From assembly GCA_965223265.1 (NCBI GenBank), contig OZ244999.1:8256001-8320000 (forward strand): a DNA stretch of 64,000 nt, in the 5' to 3' direction. Shown here piece after piece: positions 1 to 9,596 of the stretch. Numbering within the stretch: the stretch's first letter is position 1; each line of letters opens with the position of its first letter. A program made the translations under genes and the position numbers. Under the pieces are notes generated by a model. That model ran no database searches. It was not told where the DNA came from and saw only the letters and a list, made by a program, of their open reading frames with translations. This stretch comes from Planctomycetota bacterium (GTDB taxonomy: Bacteria; Planctomycetota; UBA8108; SXIK01).

Positions 1-3000
1 TACACGGTCGGCGACACGCGCGTTCGCGAACTACCGGGCCTCGAAGAGGCTTGGGGTCTGCGTCTCTTCACACGCACGATCAACGTTGATCGCCTCTCCG
101 CACCCCGTGTTCTGCAGGTCTGCGAACGTGAAGGTGCAGCGGTCGAGTTTCGGTCGCACGTCGGGCTCGAGCGCGTCGGCGCTTTCGGCCGCGCCACCGA
201 TCGTTTGGTGGTCGCGCGCGATGGCGAATCAGTACTTGCAGTCGCGTGTCGTGGAGCTCCGCAGGGAGCTCGCTGGGTGGTGACCGATGATGCGGTGCGT
301 TTGCTTCTGCCGCGAAGTGGAAGCGATGGAGCGGCGGAGTTTCGGCTTTTCGTCTGGCGCGGCGCTTTCAACGACCTGCCCAAGTTTGCCGCGATCATTC
401 ACTCGGCGCGAGCAGAGCAGGGCCTCGACTTGGAGCTGCTGACGCGCGGCGGTCCGCCACGATGGCCGGAGGTACTGGAGACGCGGGGCAAGCTCGGTCC
501 TGAAAGTCCGGCGTACACGGTGGATGAACTCACCGTGCCGGCGGAGAACCCGTGGAACTCATGGATGCGCCTCGGCGGTTTCGATTTTTTCGACGATGGC
601 GAACGTGCGGCGGTGTGTACGTGGATGGGCGACGTTTGGCTGGTGAGTGGCATCGGCGAGAAGCTTGAGAACCTTCGCTGGCAGCGAATCGCAACAGGGC
701 TGTTTCAGCCGCTTGGTCTCAAGATCGTCGACAGCAAGATCTACGTCCTCGGACGTGATCAGATCTCAATCCTTCACGACCTCAACGGCGACGGTGAAGC
801 CGACTTCTACGAGAATTTCAACAACGACCACGAAGTGACTGAACACTTTCACGAGTTCGCCATGGATCTGCAGCAAAACGTGGAGGGCGACTTCTACTAC
901 ATGAAGGGAGCTCGTCACGGTAAGGACTCGGTCGTGCCCCAGCATGGGACGGTGCTCAAAGTTTCAAAGGATGGTCGTGAGACACGGATCGTCGCCAACG
1001 GTTTTCGCGCTCCGAACGGTCTCTGCATCAACCCCGACGGCTCGTTGATCTCGAGCGATCAGGAGGGTCACTGGACCCCCGCCAACCGCATCAATTGGAT
1101 CCAGCCGGGCGGTTTCTACGGTTATATGTGGTCGTATCATCGAGGCGAACGGCCAACGTCGCCCGCTCCGCCGCTCTGTTATATCCACCCGAAGTCTGAT
1201 CGCTCGCCCGCGGCGCAGCTCTGGGTGACCAGCGATCGTTGGGGACCCCTCAACGGCAAGCTGATCTCACTTTCGTACGGCACCGGGAACGTTTACCACG
1301 TTCTGCACGAGAGAGTGAGCGGGCAAGTGCAGGGTGGCGTCGTCAAATTGCCGATCGCGATGTTCCCGACGGGAGTCATGCGCGGGCGCTTTCATGCCGA
1401 TGATGGCCAGCTCTATGTCGCAGGACTCTACGGTTGGGCGGGGAATCGTACGGTCGCGGGTGGGTTCTATCGCATTCGCTACACCGGGAATTCGCTTTGC
1501 GTCCCGCTTCGCCTCGAAGCGAAGCGGGACGGCGTCCTGATCACGTTTAGCTCCCCGCTCGACACGCGGCGATCGATCCCAGCGTCGCGCTTCGCAGTGG
1601 AGCGTTGGAACTACAAGTGGCAGGAGCAGTACGGCTCGAAGGACTATCGTTTGAGTGATGGCGAGATTGGACGCGACAGCGTCGCCGTCGATGCAGTGCG
1701 CGTGAGCCGTGATGGCCGGAGCGTGTTTCTGGCGATCGATGACATGAAGCCGTGCATGCAGATGCGGATCGTCTACCGATTGCGGGCCGCCGATGGCGCT
1801 CGCGTCGCCGACGAGATTTATCACACGATCCATGCGCTTGCGGACGGCGGGGCACACCACGATCTCTTCGCCGCAGCTAGTCACGACGATGCGAGGACCG
1901 CGACTGCCGAAACCAAGGCCACCCACCGAAGCGCGCCGACCAAAACGGGGCAGCGCTGGCTCGACATGAACTATGGGCCCTACCTCACCGCGTCGATCGA
2001 GTCTCCGCGACCGACGATGAACCACGCGCAGAAGGGGCTGGCTCTGCGCGTCGGTGGCGATCAGCGCACGGCGGCCGGTAACGACGCTCACGCGACGCTG
2101 CTCTTCGACACCGATCTTCTTCGTTTCGCCAGCGGCTGGACGGGCGACTTTCTCGAGATGGTGAGCTGCGTGTACAACGGCCAGCATGGGACCGGGTCGC
2201 ACCCTTCCGTGCGCGGCGAGTGTGTCTTCGTCAATCGACCGGGCCCGGGCTGGGCGCGACCAACATCCGCAGGCGGTGGTGAAAACGTCTTCGACGACCC
2301 GCGCGAGTTACCATACGGCCCACTGCCGCGCGACTGGGCTCGCTATCGCGGTCTGTACCTGCACGGGGACAAAACCGTTGTCTCGTACACCGTTGGCAGC
2401 ATGGACGTGCTCGAGATGGGCGAGGTGCTCGAAGCGCAGACGCCGCGTGCCTTCGCGCGTCATCTGCGAGTTGGCCCGGCCGCCGAGACGCACGTGCTGC
2501 AGGTGTGTGAGCGCGAGGGGGCTCAAGCGACGATCCTATCGTCTTCCGATGCTCTGCTCCGAGGCGACGCAAACGAAACGTCAGCGAGCAGCCGGGCCGA
2601 CCCGCGTCGAGTCGTGGACGCTGATGCTGCACCCGCGACGGTGGGCATCGACCGCTGGATCGTTCTCGGTGATCTGTCTGCTGCGGAAGCTGCTAGCGAG
2701 GAGCCGTCAGAGCTGCAGGAGAAACTTCTGTTTCACTACAGGTGCGCGTCCGCTGTGGGTCTCAAAGTCGTCAACGCCGTGCGCGATGCGTTTCACGGCG
2801 AGATCAAAGGTGTTCGGCGCACGACGACGGGCCACGGCGGTGGTGAGAACGGCGCACTTTGGTTCTACGAGAAGCGCAGCGGTGGCAATCAGGTCATCGT
2901 TGCGGATGGTTCGGCGTTTGACCTTGGTGCGAATGATTTCAGCTGTACCGCGTGGGTGAACACCAGCGTCGGCGGCACGATCCTGGCGAAAACGGGCAAA

Positions 3001-5007
3001 CGCTGGGGCCCTGGCGCGAAGTCGTTCTTTATCCGAGATGGCCGGCTCGTTTTCGCTAGTGGCGACGGCGGTGAGGTCACGGGTTCGCGACGTGTCGACG
3101 ATGATCATTGGCATCACGTCGCGCTGACGTTCGAAGCGACCACGCGGCGCGCTCGACTATTCGTCAACGGCGAAGTCGACGCGGAAGGCACGCTGGACTC
3201 GGTCGGTCCAGACACGAGCGAGCAACTTCTTCGCATCGGTTTTACGGCAGGGCGTTTTCCGGAGCAGACGAGGTTCATCGGTCTCGTCGATGAGGTGCGA
3301 CTCTATGAGCGCGTGCTCGACGCGCGACTCGTTCGCAAGGTTTCGTTGTTGCCGACAGTCGCGCCGCGCGTCGTGGCGGTGGCGGCTGCGGCGGACGAGG
3401 CCGTCGGCGCGACGTGGCGTCTCGAGGACGACGCCGTGCGCCTCCGGATCCCGGCGCACGACGAGTCCGTGCCTCTGAAGATTCTCCTCTGGCGTGGAAG
3501 ACTTGCCGAGCTCGAACGGTTCGCCTCTCACGTCCAGCAGGCAAGAACAGTCGATCTGGAAGCGCTGACGCGCGGCGGGCCGCCGCGATGGCCGGAGAAA
3601 CTTGTCACCAAGGGCAAACTCGGCCCGGAGACGAGCGCCTACACCGCGGACACCTTGACGTTGCCGGAGAAGAACCCGTGGGATGCGTGGATGCGTCTCG
3701 GCGGCTTGGATTTCTTCGCGAATGGCGACCGTGCCGCGGTCTGCACCTGGAGCGGCGATGTCTGGCTCGTCGACGGCGTCGATGGTGATCTCAGCGAACT
3801 GAGATGGCAGCGCATCGCGACAGGACTCTTTCAGCCGCTCGGGATGAAGATCGTGCGTGACGACATTTACGTGCTCGGACGCGATCAGATCACGATCCTT
3901 CGCGACCTCAACGGCGACGGCGAGACCGATTTCTACGAGACCTTCAACAACGACCATGAGGTGACGGAGCATTTCCACGAGTTCGCCATGGATCTGCAGA
4001 CCGACGCCGCCGGCGACTTCTACTACGCCAAAGGCGCACGTCACGGCAAGAGGGCGATCACCCGCCGACACGGTACGATCATCAAGGTGAGTGCGGACGG
4101 CCAATCGTCCGAGATCATGGCGTACGGTTTCCGCGCCAACAACGGACTGTGCGTCAATCCCGACGGCTCGTTTCTTACCAGCGATCAAGAAGGCACATGG
4201 ACGCCCGCCAACCGCATCAACTGGGTTCGGCGAGGTGGTTTTTACGGACACATGTGGTGCGTACATCCGGGAGTGCCGCCAACTACGTACGACGGGCCGC
4301 TCCTCTGGCTCCATCCGGACTTCGATGGCTCTCCCGCCGCGCAGGTGTGGGCAGAGAGCGACCGCTGGGGCCCGCTCAGCGGAAAACTCCTGTCGCTGTC
4401 GTACGGTTTCGGTCACGTCCATCACGTCATGACCGAGGAGGTCGACGGCAAGATGCAGGGCGCGGCGTTTCGCCTGCCTCTCCCCGAGTTTCCGACCGGA
4501 GTCATGCGTGGCCGTTTCCATCAGGGGAGCGGGCAACTCTATCTCTGCGGGCTCTTTGGCTGGGGAAGTCAGCGTTCGCATCCGGGTGGTTTCTATCGTG
4601 TGCGCTACACGGGCGAGCCGATTTGCATCCCAGTCGGATTCTCGGCGCGCCAGGGTGGCGTGGTCATCCGTTTGAGCGAGCCGATCGACAGGCGCCGCGC
4701 TGCGAATCCGAAGCGTTTCGTGGTCGAGCGCTGGAACTACAAGTGGACGCAAAGCTACGGCTCGAAGGACTACAAGTTGAGCGACGGCTCGATCGGCCGC
4801 GACCGCGTTCCCATCGACGCGGTGCGCGTCTCGAAGGATGGCCAGACGCTCTTTCTCGAAATCGCGGACATGCAGCCGGTGATGCAAATGCGCGTTCAGT
4901 ACCGCATCGCAACCGAAAGCGGCAAGCCGGTGCGGCACGAGATCCTGAGCACTGTGCACGCGCTCCATAGTGGTGAGGATCACCTGCAGCAGTTCGAGAC
5001 CGATTGA
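1..5007 (+). CDS. 5'-truncated giant DUF6797-type protein with two beta-propeller (DUF7133/glucose-sorbosone dehydrogenase-like) modules and a LamG domain
   Basis: Frame 1 is open from base 1 (YTVGDTRVRELPG...) into the 205..5007 ORF. Duplicated module DL.LTRGGPPRWPE...GLFQPLG.KIV...DQEG.WTPANRINW...T.HAL; WLDMNYGP..LFDTDLLR segment typical of DUF6797; LamG signature DDDHWHHVALTF...FIGLVDEVRLYERVL. Confidence 0.8.
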   Translation, partial: YTVGDTRVRELPGLEEAWGLRLFTRTINVDRLSAPRVLQVCEREGAAVEFRSHVGLERVGAFGRATDRLVVARDGESVLAVACRGAPQGARWVVTDDAVRLLLPRSGSDGAAEFRLFVWRGAFNDLPKFAAIIHSARAEQGLDLELLTRGGPPRWPEVLETRGKLGPESPAYTVDELTVPAENPWNSWMRLGGFDFFDDGERAAVCTWMGDVWLVSGIGEKLENLRWQRIATGLFQPLGLKIVDSKIYVLGRDQISILHDLNGDGEADFYENFNNDHEVTEHFHEFAMDLQQNVEGDFYYMKGARHGKDSVVPQHGTVLKVSKDGRETRIVANGFRAPNGLCINPDGSLISSDQEGHWTPANRINWIQPGGFYGYMWSYHRGERPTSPAPPLCYIHPKSDRSPAAQLWVTSDRWGPLNGKLISLSYGTGNVYHVLHERVSGQVQGGVVKLPIAMFPTGVMRGRFHADDGQLYVAGLYGWAGNRTVAGGFYRIRYTGNSLCVPLRLEAKRDGVLITFSSPLDTRRSIPASRFAVERWNYKWQEQYGSKDYRLSDGEIGRDSVAVDAVRVSRDGRSVFLAIDDMKPCMQMRIVYRLRAADGARVADEIYHTIHALADGGAHHDLFAAASHDDARTATAETKATHRSAPTKTGQRWLDMNYGPYLTASIESPRPTMNHAQKGLALRVGGDQRTAAGNDAHATLLFDTDLLRFASGWTGDFLEMVSCVYNGQHGTGSHPSVRGECVFVNRPGPGWARPTSAGGGENVFDDPRELPYGPLPRDWARYRGLYLHGDKTVVSYTVGSMDVLEMGEVLEAQTPRAFARHLRVGPAAETHVLQVCEREGAQATILSSSDALLRGDANETSASSRADPRRVVDADAAPATVGIDRWIVLGDLSAAEAASEEPSELQEKLLFHYRCASAVGLKVVNAVRDAFHGEIKGVRRTTTGHGGGENGALWFYEKRSGGNQVIVADGSAFDLGANDFSCTAWVNTSVGGTILAKTGKRWGPGAKSFFIRDGRLVFASGDGGEVTGSRRVDDDHWHHVALTFEATTRRARLFVNGEVDAEGTLDSVGPDTSEQLLRIGFTAGRFPEQTRFIGLVDEVRLYERVLDARLVRKVSLLPTVAPRVVAVAAAADEAVGATWRLEDDAVRLRIPAHDESVPLKILLWRGRLAELERFASHVQQARTVDLEALTRGGPPRWPEKLVTKGKLGPETSAYTADTLTLPEKNPWDAWMRLGGLDFFANGDRAAVCTWSGDVWLVDGVDGDLSELRWQRIATGLFQPLGMKIVRDDIYVLGRDQITILRDLNGDGETDFYETFNNDHEVTEHFHEFAMDLQTDAAGDFYYAKGARHGKRAITRRHGTIIKVSADGQSSEIMAYGFRANNGLCVNPDGSFLTSDQEGTWTPANRINWVRRGGFYGHMWCVHPGVPPTTYDGPLLWLHPDFDGSPAAQVWAESDRWGPLSGKLLSLSYGFGHVHHVMTEEVDGKMQGAAFRLPLPEFPTGVMRGRFHQGSGQLYLCGLFGWGSQRSHPGGFYRVRYTGEPICIPVGFSARQGGVVIRLSEPIDRRRAANPKRFVVERWNYKWTQSYGSKDYKLSDGSIGRDRVPIDAVRVSKDGQTLFLEIADMQPVMQMRVQYRIATESGKPVRHEILSTVHALHSGEDHLQQFETD

Positions 5008-5239
5008 GTTCGGAGGTTCAGAGGCACAGCAGGAGAATTCGCTGACGCCGGAGTCGATGGTGAAAGAAGCTCGGCCGGTCGCGGCGGAGACGGGTGTCTC
5101 ATCGCGACCGGCCGAGCTGGAAGCACGTTGTGCTCGCCGAAGCGCGCGATCAGGCTCCGACGCTGCAAGGAATGGCAAGCACTTGCCGAGCCGAAGGCGT
5201 TTCTTGCTGTCTTATCTCTTGCAACGTCAGAGGTGAGGT

Positions 5240-7988
5240 TCAGAACATTCGTGGATACTTCAGCGCTGTGATCTCGACCTCGTAGTTGATTTCGACGCGA
5301 CCCTTCTCCAGGTCGTACGTCTCATTGCGGCCGTCGCCGTCGCGATCGTAGAGCGGGCCGATACACGGTCCGCCCCAGATGTCTCGGCAGTCGTCGCAGT
5401 CGCCACCCCACCAGCCGTTGACGACGACGCTGCGCGGCATGACGACACGGCGGGCGAGCTGACCGTCGGCGAGGACGATGTCGTCGTAGCCTTCGTAGGT
5501 CGTCGAACCGCTGATAAGGTCAGCGACGAAGTACGTCTGCGAATGAAGGCCGATGAGGTCGTTCGTCTCGTCCTCGCCATCCTTTTCCCAGACGCCGAGT
5601 TCGACGTAGAGCACCGGGCTGTCTTCACCGACTCCGCCCGAGTTCAGCGTCTCAGGCTGAATACGCAGACCGCCGACGAAAACGCGTTCGTCGCCTTCCT
5701 TCATCTCCCAGTAGGGGCTGCCACCCGGGAATCGGCTGGTGTCGCGCAGTTGGCGATCGTCGCGATAGAGCTGCGCGCGTGCTTCCATGAAGACGTCGTT
5801 GACGCCTTCGCCATTGCCTGAGCAATCCTCGTAGCCCATGAGCAGGCGGATCGACTTGACGCGAACGTTGTAACCGATCACGCGGGGACTCCCGACGCGT
5901 CGCGTCGCGACGTTGACCGTCACAGGTCCACGGTCGGCGTCGGCACCGCCGAGGGTGAATGGTCCTTGCGTACTGCCAATGCCCCAGCCCAGAGCTGACG
6001 CGGTGCGGTTGTGCGTGAACAGCCGGCGACCGAGGAAGTCGTCATCCTCGCCGAGAGAGTCCTTGACCATGGACTCAAGAGACTGTGCCAGCGTCGTCGA
6101 GCCTTTGCAGCCGGCGTCGACGCCAGCTTGCGTGGCGCCGTAGCACAGGAGTGCGCCGGCTGCGACGTCGACGTAGTCGCTCCACCAGCGGGCCTCGTCG
6201 GCTTCGATCGCCGCGAACGCCGCTTCGAACGACTCGGAGTACGTGCCCTCAAAGCTGGCGCAGCGCTGCATGCATGCCTCAGGATCGACGGCGGCCATGC
6301 ATTCCTCCGCGCACTCGATCGGGTCCATGCGACTCTCGCTGCCGATGAAAAGTGGCACGTCCGGCTTGACGATCGTGTCGTCTGCCGCCGTTAGGTGCGC
6401 CGATCCTTCGCGACCACCTGGATAGTGACCGGCAAATTCAACTGGGAAGCTGAACGAACCATCCACGCGTTCCGTGGGCGAGCCGAAGTAGCTGTTGAAG
6501 GTGAAGCTCATCTCCGGACTGTCGTCGGAGTCCTCACCATTGCCGATGACGTGCATTTCACTCAGGCGTGAGGCGATGTACGCGGGTCGCACGAACACGG
6601 TGACGGGCGCGCTCTGGCAGGCGACCTCGGGGCAGCCGTCCGTGCACGTCGGGGAGTTCTCGTCGACCGGAAAGACCGTGATCTCATACTCTCCCGACGG
6701 CGCGTCGATCGGAATCTCGAAGTCGAGGAAGTCACCGAGCTCGTCGTCGCGGCGCGGGCGAGCGTTGGCGCACGCGCAGTGGATGAGCTCGCGCTCGAAG
6801 CTGAAGGGGATGACGCCGTTTTCATCGAAGAGAGGACCTTGGGTGTACTTGTAGCCACGCATGACGACTCGGTAGAGACTGCCCGGGAAGGAACCTGCGA
6901 GAGCGACGTGATCACCGTCGGTGACGAAGTCGCGACCAGGCCCATAGACGACGGGCACGCTGAGGCAGTTCACAGGATCTTCGCCGCCCACGAACATGAA
7001 GTTGAGCAGCGCGAGACCGTCAGCGATGTCGAGGCCACCGTCGCGGTTGAAGTCCGAGTAGGAAAGGAATCGCCGTGGCGCCACCCACGAACAAGTAGTT
7101 GAGAATGTTGATGGCGTCGGCGATGTCCCGGGAGCCGTCTCCATTGCTGTCTCCGAGGCGGTCGAGCGCTGCGTCGACGCGCACGACCGACGTTCTGACC
7201 TGGTCGCCGCTGGTCGCAAACACGATGGCGCGCGTCCCCTTGGCGGCGTGGGAGCGGATCTCGAACGTGGCGCGCTTTTGACCGCCGCTGACGAGCACGA
7301 AACCTGGGACGTCGAGCACCGCGGGTTCAGACGTGTAGAGGCGAACCGGAACAACCTTGCCTTGCGGCACGGTTTGGCGCAGCTCCACGACACCAGCCAT
7401 CGTCGAGCCATCACCGACCATGCGAGAGTCGTCAAATGTGACTGCGACGAGGTTGCCCGCCGGCTCCAGACATTCATCCGTCCAGTCATACTCGACGAGC
7501 TTCGCCTTGGTCAGCTCGGGGCTGGTGTGAACCAGATTGCCCGTGCCGACTTCATACACCTTGAGGATGAAATGATCGCTGCTTTCGATGCTGCACGCGT
7601 TTTCAGGCGCGAGCGGCGGGCCGAGTGCGACATTATAGTGACCTTCAGCGTCCGTAAGGGTCGAACCGATCAGATAGAACTCATCGCGGGGTAGACACAT
7701 CGGCACGACGATCGGGCCGGGATCGGGAATAGGAAAGTCGCCGACGATCTTTTGTGTTTTCGTGGCGTCCTCACGATCGTTGTCGGCGCCAGCGGCCTTC
7801 GCAGTCAAGGTCTCCAAACGGCCGATGGAGATTTTGAGGTAGGCGCTGACGCGGTAGCCTTCAACTCCTAAACCGCAGCGGACGATCTGACCTTCTGCGC
7901 GGTCGAAAAACGAAAGCTGGGCAGCGACTGGGCGACAAAATATGGCGAGCAAGAGCGTGAGAAGTTAGAGGCGGAAAGCGACTTTCAT
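5240..7988 (-). pseudogene. Disrupted secreted protein with internal dockerin-like domain (in-frame stop plus frameshift)
   Basis: RBS (CAGGAG) + ATG at 7988 gives MKVAFRL*LLTLLLAIFCRPVAAQ, with TAA at 7965-7967 inside a signal peptide. The dockerin is split across frames near 7065: GDSNGDGSRDIADAINILNYLFVGG (ORF 7020..7952) and SDFNRDGGLDIADGLALLNFMFVGG (ORF 5240..7489). Confidence 0.7.
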
Positions 7989-8332
7989 GGCGCAACTCCT
8001 GAAAGAAATGGGATGGGGGTGAATGACCATGGAGGACGAAACGAATCGCGGCGCTCGATGCAGACACAAAAAAAATGCCGGGGAGCACGTAGCTGCCTCC
8101 CCGATCGAGAAGGCGCCCGAGGTCGTCGGTGGCGCGGCTCTCGCTCGCCGCGCGAAGCGCCGTGGAGGCACCACTCGCGGGATGTTTGACTGCATTCGTC
8201 GCGCAAGATCGGTACAATCGAGGACTCATCGCGTTTGACGCATTCCCCAAGAAATCCGATCGTCGAAAGGGTTGTTCGCTCGACCGTCATGAATGGTCGC
8301 GTAGGCCCCTCCGCATGACTAGGAGATGTTCC

Positions 8333-9478
8333 ATGCAGCTTTCAAATTGGGTGACGCTTGTAGCATTTCTTGCCATCGGCAGCGGCTGGATTGGGTGCGA
8401 CTCGCAAACGAAGAATCCAGAAGTGACAGCAGGGACTCCGAGCCAAGCCATCGAGGTCGAGAAGCCGTCCACCGACGATTCGATGTCGTCGACGGAGAGG
8501 AGTATTGAGGCGTACCTGGCAAGCGGCTCGTCAGACGCCGCGGCGTCGCGCCCGAAGAAGGAGGCGACTGGAACCAACGAGCCGGCAAAACCAACCGATC
8601 AGGAAGGCGTCGATTTGGCTGATTTGATGAAGGCGAAGACGCACGGTGGTTTTCCTGCCTCTCACTGGGTCGCGCAGCTCGAGGACAAGGCTCCGGCCTC
8701 GCGCCTCGAGGCGATCGACGCGCTCGAGGCCATCAAATCGGTCGAGCCGGAAGTCCTGGACGGGTTAGTCGGCCAGCTCAGCGCACGCGAGTCCGGTGTC
8801 GGAGAGCGTGCGGCGGAAGTGCTGCGCTCGTTTGGCCGCGCGGCCGCGCCAGCCGTTCCGAAGATCGGAGCGTGGTTGAAGTTGAACAGGAACCCGAGTG
8901 CCAGCCGCGCGGCCGCGTACGCGCTCGGGGGCATCGACCCGGAAGGCAAGCAAGTCGTGCCGATTCTCCTCGACGTTTTCGAACGCGAACACATCGCCGT
9001 CCAGGACGGTGCTGTCAGAGCGTTTCGCGAGATTGGCGAGCCTGCTTTCGAGGCTCTTGAAAACGCCCTCGACCACCCGAACAAGTGGGTGCGTATGGGC
9101 GCGGCCCGGGCGCTCGCCGGCTCGGGGTGGCAGGCTCCGAAGGCTGCCCAGGCGCTCGCAGAGATTCTGCACGACCAAAACCCGAGTCTGCGGCGTATGG
9201 CCGCGGTTGAATTCCGGCGGTTCGGCCCAGACGCGAGTGACGCCGTCCCGCACCTCGTCGAAGCGCTGGACGATCAGGAGTGGGCAATTCGACGCGCCGC
9301 CGTCAACGCGCTTGGACATGTCGCCGATCCCGACGACGCTGAAGTCGAACGTCGACTGCGGATGATCGCGGCCAGTGAGCACCCCTTCTTGGCGCCGCCA
9401 GCGAAGAAGGCATTGGCTCGCCTGGCTGAGGGAAGACCGGAGCGCCCCGGACGAAAGCCCGCTGCTGGCGGCGATTGA
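8333..9478 (+). CDS. HEAT/PBS-lyase repeat lipoprotein
   Basis: AGGAG at 8321, ATG 8333, lipoprotein-type signal (...GSGWIGC). Repeats such as LDHPNKWVRMGAARALA and LDDQEWAIRRAAVNALG. Confidence 0.8.
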   Translation: MQLSNWVTLVAFLAIGSGWIGCDSQTKNPEVTAGTPSQAIEVEKPSTDDSMSSTERSIEAYLASGSSDAAASRPKKEATGTNEPAKPTDQEGVDLADLMKAKTHGGFPASHWVAQLEDKAPASRLEAIDALEAIKSVEPEVLDGLVGQLSARESGVGERAAEVLRSFGRAAAPAVPKIGAWLKLNRNPSASRAAAYALGGIDPEGKQVVPILLDVFEREHIAVQDGAVRAFREIGEPAFEALENALDHPNKWVRMGAARALAGSGWQAPKAAQALAEILHDQNPSLRRMAAVEFRRFGPDASDAVPHLVEALDDQEWAIRRAAVNALGHVADPDDAEVERRLRMIAASEHPFLAPPAKKALARLAEGRPERPGRKPAAGGD

Positions 9479-9510
9479 CACGGGCTACAGTGTCTGTACA
9501 CTGTATACAG
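9475..9510 (+). promoter_or_regulatory. Sigma70-like promoter with overlapping palindrome upstream of the FG-GAP/dikinase cluster
   Basis: TTGACA (9475-9480), 16 nt, TACACT (9497-9502). Perfect palindrome CTGTATACAG at 9501-9510. Confidence 0.45.
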
Positions 9511-9596
9511 TTTGTCTCGGGGGGAGGTTTGCTCATGGGCGGTTGCTACGGCGCCTGACGCCGGGTCTGAGGTGGACGGCAGCGGAAAGCGCTCCC

